Below are positions 40,882-50,519 of a stretch of DNA of 64,000 bases, piece by piece. The notes beneath the pieces were generated by a model. The model saw only the letters and a program-made list of their open reading frames with translations, did no database searches and had not been told where the DNA came from. Origin of the DNA: an uncultured Acidobacteriota bacterium (GTDB lineage: Bacteria; Acidobacteriota; Thermoanaerobaculia; UBA5066; Gp7-AA6); contig CAVXYF010000016.1 in assembly GCA_963765835.1 (NCBI GenBank), positions 8,050-72,049 on the forward strand, given 5' to 3'. The position numbers were made by a program, and so were the translations under genes. How positions within the stretch are numbered: position 1 is the first letter of the stretch; every line of letters starts with the position of its first letter.

Positions 40882-41358
40882 TTACCGCGCCGGGCGCAGC
40901 TCGAGATCGCCGACGCCGAGGGCGAAGTTGAGGCCGGTCTGGCCGCTGACGGAGACGGGCTGGAGGGCGATGGAGCGGTTGGAGCCGCCGACGAGGACGT
41001 TGGCGCCGAGCCCCGCGCCGACCGTCGCCTCGGCGGCACGCGCCCACATAGCTGCCGGCGAGCGAGCCGCGGCGCCACGCTGCCGCCGGAGAAGACCGCC
41101 CAGGCCAGCACGCCCGCGGCGGGTCGCGCCGATGTCGAGGCCGAACCGGCGGATCACGCCGACATAGCGCTCGTTGCGGCCACGGCGCGGATTGAAGGTG
41201 CAGACGTGCTCTTCTGCGAGTCGACGATGAGGCCGATGCCGCCGGACACGTTGCAGGTCAGGACGCCCGCGCGGGTGCGGTTCTGGGCTTGAGCCTCGGT
41301 CGACCCCGAGGGATGCCAGGAGCGCGAGAGCGGCAAGGGGGAAAGCGGCGCGGAGCAT
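40882..41358 (-). CDS. Small secreted protein, DUF992-like; probably frameshifted
   Basis: Signal peptide MLRAAFPLAALALLASL.... The alternative frame carries ...GVLTCNVSGGIGLIVDSQ..., reminiscent of DUF992 proteins of Rhizobiales. Confidence 0.35.
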   Translation of the reverse strand: MLRAAFPLAALALLASLGVDRGSSPEPHPRGRPDLQRVRRHRPHRRLAEEHVCTFNPRRGRNERYVGVIRRFGLDIGATRRGRAGLGGLLRRQRGAAARSPAAMWARAAEATVGAGLGANVLVGGSNRSIALQPVSVSGQTGLNFALGVGDLELRPAR

Positions 41359-41439
41359 GGTGATCTCCTAAGCTCGGCTGAAGCTTAGCGATCAACGGCG
41401 CTGAAGGGGCGCCGTTCCATGCGGAGGACGTCAACCTTA

Positions 41440-42950
<1,511 letters not shown>

Positions 42951-43053
42951 TTAGAAGGGACCGTGACGGCGGCGGACCCTAGTCGCGGCCAAGCCGTCCA
43001 AGCAAGCAAAACAGCCCGCGCTCGAACGGGTTTTCGAGGAGACGCCTTGTCCG

Positions 43054-44038
43054 ATGACCACGTCCGTCACCCGCCGCCTCGCGCTCGGCCTCTTCGCCGG
43101 CGCGACCCTCCTCGCCACCGCCGCCGCCGCCCAGGACCTTCCCGAACCGCGTCATCAAGATGGTGGTGCCCTATCCGGCCGGCGGCCCGACCGACGTGAT
43201 CGCCCGCATCGTGGCGGAGGAGATGGGCAAGGCTCTCGGCCAGAACGTGATCGTCGAGAACCTCGCCGGCGCCTCCGGCGCGGTCGGCACCCGCACGGTC
43301 GCGAAGGCCGAGCCCGACGGCTACACCATCATGTTCGGCAACAACCAGACCCACGGGAACAACATGTTCCTGCTCAAGGAGCCGGGCTACGACGCGGTGA
43401 AGGATTTCGCGCCGCTCGCCGGCGCCGGCGCCTTCGAGCACGTCTTCGTGGTCAGGAACGACCTGCCCGCGAAGATCGATCCCGGAGCTCGTCGCGCTCG
43501 CCAAGAAGGACCCGGGCAAGCTGAATTACGGCTCGACCGGCGTCGGCTCGGGCTCGCATCTGGCGACCGAGCTGTTCATGGTGCGCACCGGCACCAAGAT
43601 GACCCACGTGCCCTTCCGCGGCGCGGCGCCCCTGGTGCACGGAGCTCATGGCCGGCCGCATCGACGTGTCGAACTCGACCCTGCCCAGCGTGCTCGGCCA
43701 GATCCAGGCCGGCCAGATGCGCGCCATCGGCATCGCGAGCCCGCAGCGCAACCCGCAGGCTCCCGGACGTGCCGACCCTGCGCGAGCAGGGCATCACCAA
43801 TGCGGACGCGGAATCCTGGGCCGCCTTCTTCGCGCCGGTGAACACGCCCAAGCCCATCCTCGACAAGCTGTCCGGCACGATCATCGCGATCCTGAACAAG
43901 CCCGACGTGAAGGAGCGCATCACCAAGCTCGGCTTCACCCTGAACGTCCGCGATCCGGAGGCGTTCAGGCCCTATCTCGCCAAGGAGATCCAGACCTGGG
44001 CCGAGATCATCAAGGCGGCGAACATCAAGGCCGAGTGA
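43054..44038 (+). CDS. Tripartite tricarboxylate transporter substrate-binding protein (TctC/Bug family); about 3 frameshifts
   Basis: Signal peptide MTTSVTRRLALGLFAGATLLATAAAAQ. Then ...VVPYPAGGPTDVIARIVAEEMGKALGQNVIVENLAGASGAVGTRTVAKAEPDGYTIMFGNNQTHGNN..., ending ...AEIIKAANIKAE*. Confidence 0.8.
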
Positions 44039-44146
44039 CGGCTCTCGCCACGGTCATCCCGGACGGCGTCAGCCGATCCGGGATCGCGCTCCGGATAAGG
44101 CGCCATACTCGTCGACCGATCCCGGGCTCCGCTGCGCAGCCCCGGG

Positions 44147-44575
44147 ATGACGCGAAGGAGCGACTGCATGGAATTTCATCAAGGCCGCCTGATCGATCAC
44201 GTCCACCTGCGCGTCTCGGACCTCGAGGCGAGCCGGCGCTTCTATCGGGCCGTCCTGAAGGCGGTCGGGCGTGAGCTTCACCTCGGAAAGCCCGAAGCAT
44301 TTCGCCTGCGACGAACTGTGGGTCGATCGGCGGACGGCCCGGTGTCGCGGGTCCACCTCGCCTTCCAGGCCCGGGACCGGGAGGCCGTTCACGCCTTCCA
44401 TGCGGCGGCGCTCGCCAATGGCGGACGCGACAATGGCGGGCCGGGAGAACGCTCCTATCACCCGGGCTATTATGCCGCCTTCGCCTTCGATCCGGACGGC
44501 CACAACATCGAGGCGGTCTTCCACGGACCGGCGGAACGCTCCGCCGAATCCGTCGTGGTACGCGCAAAGGCCTAA
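44147..44575 (+). CDS. VOC family (glyoxalase-like) protein; two frameshifts
   Basis: MEFHQGRLIDHVHLRVSDLEASRRFYRAVLKAVGRELHLG... and ...VHLAFQARDREAVHAFHAAALANGGRDNGGPGERSYHPGYYAAFAFDPDGHNIEAVFHG.... Confidence 0.65.
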   Translation: MTRRSDCMEFHQGRLIDHVHLRVSDLEASRRFYRAVLKAVGRELHLGKPEAFRLRRTVGRSADGPVSRVHLAFQARDREAVHAFHAAALANGGRDNGGPGERSYHPGYYAAFAFDPDGHNIEAVFHGPAERSAESVVVRAKA

Positions 44576-44994
44576 TGCCACGCTGCCACATTGGTTAATG
44601 ATTAGTTAACGCCGATACTTAGCCAGAGATTCCGGAAGCAGCACTTTCGGATGATGCGGGAACTTTCTTGAATCGACAAGTTTTTCTCCCGCAGTCACCG
44701 TTCGGTTGCTAGGGTAAGGTCCGATGAAAACATTCCAGCCAAGAAACGCCTGCCACGTCTCATCCCGCGCCCAGCGCCTCGATCCGCGCCAGGAAAGCCG
44801 CTGCTCGCTGGCTCTGATCATGCTGATGGGCCTCGCGACGCTCTCCGTGATGGCGACCACCCAGGCCCTTTCGGCTCAGGACACGAAGGCTGCCCACGTC
44901 CATTTCCAGCGGTAACGCGTGAGTGAACGGCGGCGCGGTTGACGCCCTGCCGCAGGAGGTTAGCTCTCCGGCATCGGAACGACGGAGAGATCCG

Positions 44995-46140
44995 ATGTTG
45001 AGACTTCGCCTTGCCCTGGCCTGCGCCCTGGCCTTCGGCGCGCATCCCCGCCGCCCTGGCCCAGGACACGCAGCGTCTTCGCACCGACAAGGTGGAGGTG
45101 ATCGTCGAGACGGTCGCCCGCAATCTCCAGAACCCCTGGGGCCTCGCCTTCCTGCCCGACGGCCGCATGCTGGTGACCGGAACGGCCGGGCCGCCTGCGC
45201 ATCGTCGATGCCGACGGCACGCTCTCCGAGCCGATCAAGGGCGTCCCGCGCATCGCGGCCCGCGGGCAGGGCGGGCTTCTCGACGTGGCGCTCGATCCGA
45301 ACTTCGCGCAGAACCGCCTCGTCTATCTGAGCTTTGCCGAGGATCGCGGCGAAGGCCGCGCCGGCACCAGCGTGGCGCGGGGCCGCCTCGAGCGAGGACG
45401 GCACGGCGCTCGAAGCCGTTCAGGTCATCTTCCGCCAGGAGCCGGCCTATACCGGCGGCAACCATTGGGGCTCGCGCCTCGTCTTCGACCGCGACGGCAA
45501 CCTCTTCGTCACCCTGGGCGACCGGTTCGACCTGCGCGACCAGGCGCAGAACCCGGCCAACCACCTCGGCAAGATCGTCCGCATCAAGCCGGACGGCGGG
45601 GCGGCGCCGGACAATCCGTTCCTCGAACCGCGAGGACGCCAGGCCCGAGATCTGGTCCCTCGGCCACCGCAACCTGCAATCGGCGGCGCTTCACCCGACC
45701 ACCGGCGAGCTCTGGACCGTCGAGCACGGCGCGCGCGGCGGCGACGAGGTCAACATCCCGCAGAAGGGCAAGAACTACGGCTGGCCGGTCATCTCCTACG
45801 GCGTCGATTATTCCGGCGCGAAGATCGGCGAAGGCACCGAAGAAGCCGGGTCTGGAGCAGCCGGTCTATTACTGGGACCCGTCCATCGCCCCTCCGGCAT
45901 GGCCTTCTACACCGGCGACAAGTTCCCGGCCTGGCGCGGCAGCATTCTCGTCGGCGCGCTCGCCGGCAAGCTCGTCTCGCGGCTGGAGACCAACGGCAAC
46001 AGGGTGACGGGCGAGGAGCGCATGCTGCAGAACCTCGGCGAGCGCATCCGCGACGTGCGCCAGGGCCCGGACGGCTTCGTCTATCTCCTGACCGATTCGC
46101 CGCAAGGACGCATCCTGCGGATGAGACCGAGCTCGGCGCA
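44995..46140 (+). CDS. PQQ-dependent soluble sugar (aldose/sorbosone) dehydrogenase, YliI-like beta-propeller; about 5 frameshifts, 3' end approximate
   Basis: [16 protein letters not shown]... signal peptide. Motifs include ...[25 protein letters not shown]..., ...[18 protein letters not shown]..., ...[51 protein letters not shown]..., ...[14 protein letters not shown]..., ...[14 protein letters not shown].... Confidence 0.75.
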
Positions 46141-46180
46141 CGTGAGATTCGCTCCGGGCAGCGGTCCGTACCAGAATCGC

Positions 46181-46522
46181 TCAGCGCCCCTGGAAGATGA
46201 AGGCCGCGCCGGCCGCGATCAGGCGAAGCCGATCGAGATGGTTCCAGCCCAGCGGCTCCTTCAGGTAGAGCACCGAGAAGCCGGCGAAGACCACGAGCGT
46301 GATGACCTCCTGCATGGTCTTCAGCTCGGCCGCCGAATAGACCGCGGAGCCGATGCGGTTGGCCGGCACGGCGAACCAGTATTCGACGAAGGCGATGCCC
46401 CAGCTGGCCAGCACCGCGATCCAGAGCGGCGATGTCTTGAACTTGAGATGCCCGTACCAGGCGAAGGTCATGAAGACGTTCGATGCGATCAGCATCAGGA
46501 CGGGCGCGATGTGGGGGTTCAT
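46181..46522 (-). CDS. DUF486 family (DMT superfamily) small membrane protein
   Basis: MNPHIAPVLMLIASNVFMTFAWYGHLKFKTSPLWIAVLASWGIAFVEYWFAVPANRIG.... Confidence 0.7.
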   Translation of the reverse strand: MNPHIAPVLMLIASNVFMTFAWYGHLKFKTSPLWIAVLASWGIAFVEYWFAVPANRIGSAVYSAAELKTMQEVITLVVFAGFSVLYLKEPLGWNHLDRLRLIAAGAAFIFQGR

Positions 46523-46733
46523 GTCGGAAGACCGGAGGAGAGGTGGTGAGGAGCGCCCTGCCCTATTCTCCCGAGGCGGTGTCAAGCTGCCGGAGGGCGA
46601 CGCAGATGAGCGAAGAAGCCGCCATCATGGGCGCCTCGATCTCGGCTATGCCGTGGCCGCTGAGCAGCCGATCGGGTGCGCAGACTTTCGCTCCCGTCGC
46701 CGAGGATCAAGCGGCGGAGCAGCCGTACGAGCC

Positions 46734-47693
46734 TCATCGGACCGGGCACAGGACCGCTATTCCGAGTCCCGCTTCGCTTTCCGGCCCGTGGACGTCAAGC
46801 GTCGATCGGCGAAGTGGCGACGCCGACCTGCGAGCGATCGACAGCTCGTGGGACAGCGCGATCTGGCGCCAGTGCACCGGTGCGTCCTCGCGATAGCGCT
46901 TGAACTCGGCGGGCAGCGCTAGCGCGCTGAGGCGCTCCAGCACCTGCGCGCCGCCCGCGATCTGCGGGTTGGACGGGTCGAAGCCCTCCCGCCGCTCCCG
47001 CTGCGTCACGAGGCCGCGGGCGCGCTCGAAGGCGGTGTCGAGGCGGCGCTCGCCGCGCAGGGCCTTGTTGAAGAAGGCGTCGCCGAAATAGGTCCAGGTC
47101 GCGCCGTCGCGGCAGCCGAAGGACGGCTTGTCGGCCGCCGCCGCCGTGATGACGAGGGTGCGCTCGTCGGCGAGCGCCCTGGCGAAGATGCCGGAATAGC
47201 AGGCCGAGACGATCACGACCCGGTGCTGCGCCCGGGTCTCGTCGAGGAGCGTCCGCGACGTCGCCGCGGCGTCACGAGGCGCTGCGTCGCGTCCGGCCAC
47301 GAGCCCGATGCCCTCGGGCGCCCCGTGCGAGGTGAGGACGAGCACCACGACGTCCTCCGCCGGATCGAGAACCTGTCCCGCGGCCTGCGGCGGCGGCCAG
47401 CAGGGAGGCGGGCGTCGCGCCGGACGCGGCGCTTGGTGTTGAAGCGGACGATGGTGCGTCCTTTCGCGTCGAGCTGCGCCTCGAGAACCCGCGCCGCGCC
47501 CTTGGCCTCGCTCTCGAACACGCTCTGCGGTCCCCAGAGCCCGAAGGACAGGATGTAGACATCGACTACCGCCCGGACGCTGCGGCGCCAGCCGGACCGG
47601 GTCGGCCCGGCGTGCCGCCTGCGCATGGGCGTCGTGAAGCGGGCTCAAGGCGAGCGAGAGCCCAACCAGACAGAAAGCGATCAACCGGCGCAT
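46734..47693 (-). CDS. Peptidase C13 (legumain/caspase-like) family protein; about 3 frameshifts, 3' end uncertain
   Basis: Signal peptide MRRLIAFCLVGLSLALSPL.... Then ...VVLVLTSHGAPEGIGLVAG... (His) and ...HRVVIVSACYSGIFA... (catalytic Cys). The N-terminal part ...VDVYILSFGLWGPQSVFESEAKGAARVLEAQLDAKGRTIVRFNTK... lies in other frames. Confidence 0.6.
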   Translation of the reverse strand: MRRLIAFCLVGLSLALSPLHDAHAQAARRADPVRLAPQRPGGSRCLHPVLRALGTAERVRERGQGRGAGSRGAARRERTHHRPLQHQAPRPARRPPPCWPPPQAAGQVLDPAEDVVVLVLTSHGAPEGIGLVAGRDAAPRDAAATSRTLLDETRAQHRVVIVSACYSGIFARALADERTLVITAAAADKPSFGCRDGATWTYFGDAFFNKALRGERRLDTAFERARGLVTQRERREGFDPSNPQIAGGAQVLERLSALALPAEFKRYREDAPVHWRQIALSHELSIARRSASPLRRSTLDVHGPESEAGLGIAVLCPVR

Positions 47694-47800
47694 GAATACC
47701 CCACCCTCGACTTACTTTACGCGCAGCCGGTGCCGAAAGCCAAGGAACGGCCCAGTGAACGACATCTGCCGAACCGAATCCCCTCTTCCGGGTTTCCCTG

Positions 47801-49525
47801 TCAGAGATTTCTCGACAGAGGGCTTACATGGACATCGCGCTCGACAAGGTTTTCGTCGGCGGCGGCGGAGAGCGGCGCGACGTTCTTCAGCCCGAACGCG
47901 TCGCGTGAACCGGTCCGGTAGCGGTACTTGCGGGCGTCCGGCGGTGGGGGGAGCGCGCCTCGCGCGAGCTCCTTCATTTGCGTCTCGATCCAGGGCTCCG
48001 CATGGAGGCCCCAGCCGGTGAACGCTCCTTCGTACTGCTGCGACTCGTACTCCTCCGGGGTCGCGAAGTAGGAGAGGTACTCGTTCGCGAGGCCGACCGT
48101 CACGACGTTCTCCGGCACGGAGGCCGCGCCGGCGGCGACCGCCGCGGCAACGCGCCGCCCCGCGACCACGGTGAACTCGCCCGGCAAGGTGGCAAGGAGG
48201 ATCCGGCCGATCCGGTGGACTGCGACCGGGACGCGGTCCGGGATCCGGAGGAGCGCCACGATCGCTTTCGTCAGCGGGAACGGAACGCCGTCGAGGTCGA
48301 GCGCTCCGAGCTTGCTTCCGTGATCCTCGCTCGGGAATAGCGTCTTCGTCCCTTCTCGCCAGAGCCCGGCGAGCGGGGTGCGGCCGTCCTCCGCGCCGCC
48401 GAGGACGGGCGCGCCGGGCATGGCGGACTCCGCCGTGCACCGCCGTTTCCCCTGAGCGTCGTGAAAACACTGCTTCTTGATGGGAACGATCGCCAGGGCA
48501 GAGGAGACGTCGCCGTCGACCCGGTCTCGATGAGAGGTCGCTGCGGCGATCGCGTCGGCGAGCCGTCCTCCCAGGCCGATCGCGTCCCGGCGGTCCTGGA
48601 AGAGCCACGCGGGTGAGACGTCGCCCTCCGGACCCGCGAAGACGGCGACGACGGGCGTCACGTCGCCGGAAGCGAGCTGTCGTTCGGCCGTCCGGGCCGC
48701 TACCCCGAAAAAGTCGGCGCTGTAGACCTCGAGCTCGTGCCCCATCGCGGTCGCGTGCGCGCCCGCGAACGCAGCGACAGCGATGACGCGATCGTTATCG
48801 GCGCTGCGCAGGGTGAGAACGCGCACCACCGGATCGACCGCGCGGCCGCACATCTCGTCCGGGTACTCGGGAGTCGGTGTGACGAGAGGGCAGTCGGCGT
48901 TCGCTGCGAGGATCTCCCCGCTCTCGTGATCGAGACGGAAGGCAACGAGGCTGCGGTTGCGCCACAAGCCGGGCGCGCGGGCCGTCGAGAAGTCGAGGGT
49001 CGCGGGCCGTTTCCCCGCCGCGGCCTTTTCAATCGCGTCGGCGATCCGTTTGGCGAGGAACCGGAACAGATGCGGATCGAAGCCGGGCACCTTGGACGCG
49101 AAGACGTTGTACGCGGGGCTCGTCGAGTAGTTCGCGGGACTCTGATGCGTGTGGGTCGCGGCGAGCAGGAGCTGACCTCGAGCCAGGTGCCGCGTCGCCG
49201 CTCTCTCGGAGAGGAGCTGCGCGACTCGGTCACCCAGCCCGGCCGGCATCGACCAGAGATCGGTGGCCACCAGGACCACCGCCTTTCCGTTGCGATCCTC
49301 GACGTAGACGGCTCGGGCATAGAGCCGCGTCCAGACGCCCCGGCCGATCTGGCCAACGGACCCGTGACCGCCCATCGAGAACCCGGGAATCGGCGTGATG
49401 TCGACGCTCGCGGCGCCGCCCTGGAACGACCCGCTCGGCGGCAGGAGGGCAGGCGCGGTCAACCGACCCGAGATCGAGGAGCAACCCAACTGAGCGAGGG
49501 CCAGTAACCATGCTCCCGCCGTCAC
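47801..49525 (-). CDS. Neutral/alkaline ceramidase family protein (secreted); intact 574 aa
   Basis: GTG start MTAGAWLLALAQLGCSS... signal peptide. ...VLVATDLWSMPAGL...LLLAATHTHQSPANYS... is the neutral-ceramidase N-terminal domain signature. No frameshift. Confidence 0.75.
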   Translation of the reverse strand: MTAGAWLLALAQLGCSSISGRLTAPALLPPSGSFQGGAASVDITPIPGFSMGGHGSVGQIGRGVWTRLYARAVYVEDRNGKAVVLVATDLWSMPAGLGDRVAQLLSERAATRHLARGQLLLAATHTHQSPANYSTSPAYNVFASKVPGFDPHLFRFLAKRIADAIEKAAAGKRPATLDFSTARAPGLWRNRSLVAFRLDHESGEILAANADCPLVTPTPEYPDEMCGRAVDPVVRVLTLRSADNDRVIAVAAFAGAHATAMGHELEVYSADFFGVAARTAERQLASGDVTPVVAVFAGPEGDVSPAWLFQDRRDAIGLGGRLADAIAAATSHRDRVDGDVSSALAIVPIKKQCFHDAQGKRRCTAESAMPGAPVLGGAEDGRTPLAGLWREGTKTLFPSEDHGSKLGALDLDGVPFPLTKAIVALLRIPDRVPVAVHRIGRILLATLPGEFTVVAGRRVAAAVAAGAASVPENVVTVGLANEYLSYFATPEEYESQQYEGAFTGWGLHAEPWIETQMKELARGALPPPPDARKYRYRTGSRDAFGLKNVAPLSAAADENLVERDVHVSPLSRNL

Positions 49526-49576
49526 ATTCGCGCGGGAAGGGCGTTTTCGAGTCCCGGCCTGGCGGATCAGATGAAT

Positions 49577-49972
49577 TTACCTCTTCAGAGCGTAGAACCC
49601 GAAGGTCCGGCCTCCCCAATAAGTCGTTCCGGCGAGCTTCTTCTTGTCCCAGCTGAAGATGCGCGCATCGAACTTCTGGGTGTTACCCGGAAAGTTGATG
49701 GAAAACGCCATGTGTTGAAGGCGATCGTCGATGCGGTCGATCTTTCCCGAATGCGTTTTCCCCTGAGAGTCGGTGTAGCGGACTGCCATGTCACACCACA
49801 CCGGGCCCCCGCAGTCGGCTTTGATGTCCGTGATCATCAACGTGCCGACGTGTCCGTCATGGTTCATCGACCATTGGCCGAACCACTCTCCCTTCTGCGC
49901 ATCCGCGAACGCGAACCCGGGAACGACGAGCAAAGCCAGCAATGCACAAGGGGCAAGTCTTCTCGCTTTCAT
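49577..49972 (-). CDS. Small secreted hypothetical protein (131 aa)
   Basis: GGAGG RBS. The signal peptide MKARRLAPCALLALLVVPGFAFA is followed by a Cys-containing mature domain. No known domain. Confidence 0.5.
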   Translation of the reverse strand: MKARRLAPCALLALLVVPGFAFADAQKGEWFGQWSMNHDGHVGTLMITDIKADCGGPVWCDMAVRYTDSQGKTHSGKIDRIDDRLQHMAFSINFPGNTQKFDARIFSWDKKKLAGTTYWGGRTFGFYALKR

Positions 49973-50000
49973 CGGCGTATTCCTCCATTCGGAAAAGTCT

Positions 50001-50519
50001 TCACTGCGTCACCAGTCCCGGAATAATTCGGGTCAGGGGTCGAAGTGCGACCTTCGACACCGTCGGATACAGCCCGTCCATGAGGCTCCAGCCGACGATG
50101 TAGGCGAGGTTTCCTCGAAACACCCAGAAGAAGTGATCGTGCTCCCACGTCCCCAGGATCACGTGCTCGGCGGCCTTCACGATGAAGCTGAAGATCGCGA
50201 AGAGCAGGAACTGCTCGATCCACGGCCGGCGGTGCGCGCCGCCATAGAGGAAACCGAGGCACAGTCCGATCCAGATGAAAGTGTGGAAGAAGTTGTTCAG
50301 CCAGGGGAGAAAGCTCATCAAACCGAGACGGTACAGTCCGTAGTTCGCGAGGAACGTGCCGACGCCCCAACCCCAGAACAGCACCCAGAACGTCCGGCGG
50401 AAGTTCAGCTCGACGTGGTCCTGCGCGTACCGCAGGATCACGAAGAGCGCGGCATAGACGAACAGCACGAGCGCGTAGTCGCCCAGGTCGTTCCCCGTAC
50501 CGAGCCACCGATCGGCCAT
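50001..50519 (-). CDS. Hypothetical polytopic membrane protein (about 172 aa)
   Basis: MADRWLGTGNDLGDYALVLFVYAALFVILRY...FWVLFWGWGVGTFLANYGLYRLGLMSF.... Its start overlaps the stop of the upstream GMC gene (ATGA), so the two are translationally coupled. Confidence 0.55.
   Translation of the reverse strand: MADRWLGTGNDLGDYALVLFVYAALFVILRYAQDHVELNFRRTFWVLFWGWGVGTFLANYGLYRLGLMSFLPWLNNFFHTFIWIGLCLGFLYGGAHRRPWIEQFLLFAIFSFIVKAAEHVILGTWEHDHFFWVFRGNLAYIVGWSLMDGLYPTVSKVALRPLTRIIPGLVTQ

Noticed and set aside
46734-49525. Mobile-element boundary (integrase, att sites) at the half-window transition
   Set aside because: No integrase or transposase ORF, tRNA, or flanking direct repeats were found around 46.7-47.8 kb. 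The discontinuity is therefore reported as a data or assembly issue or an unmarked island, not as a mobile element.
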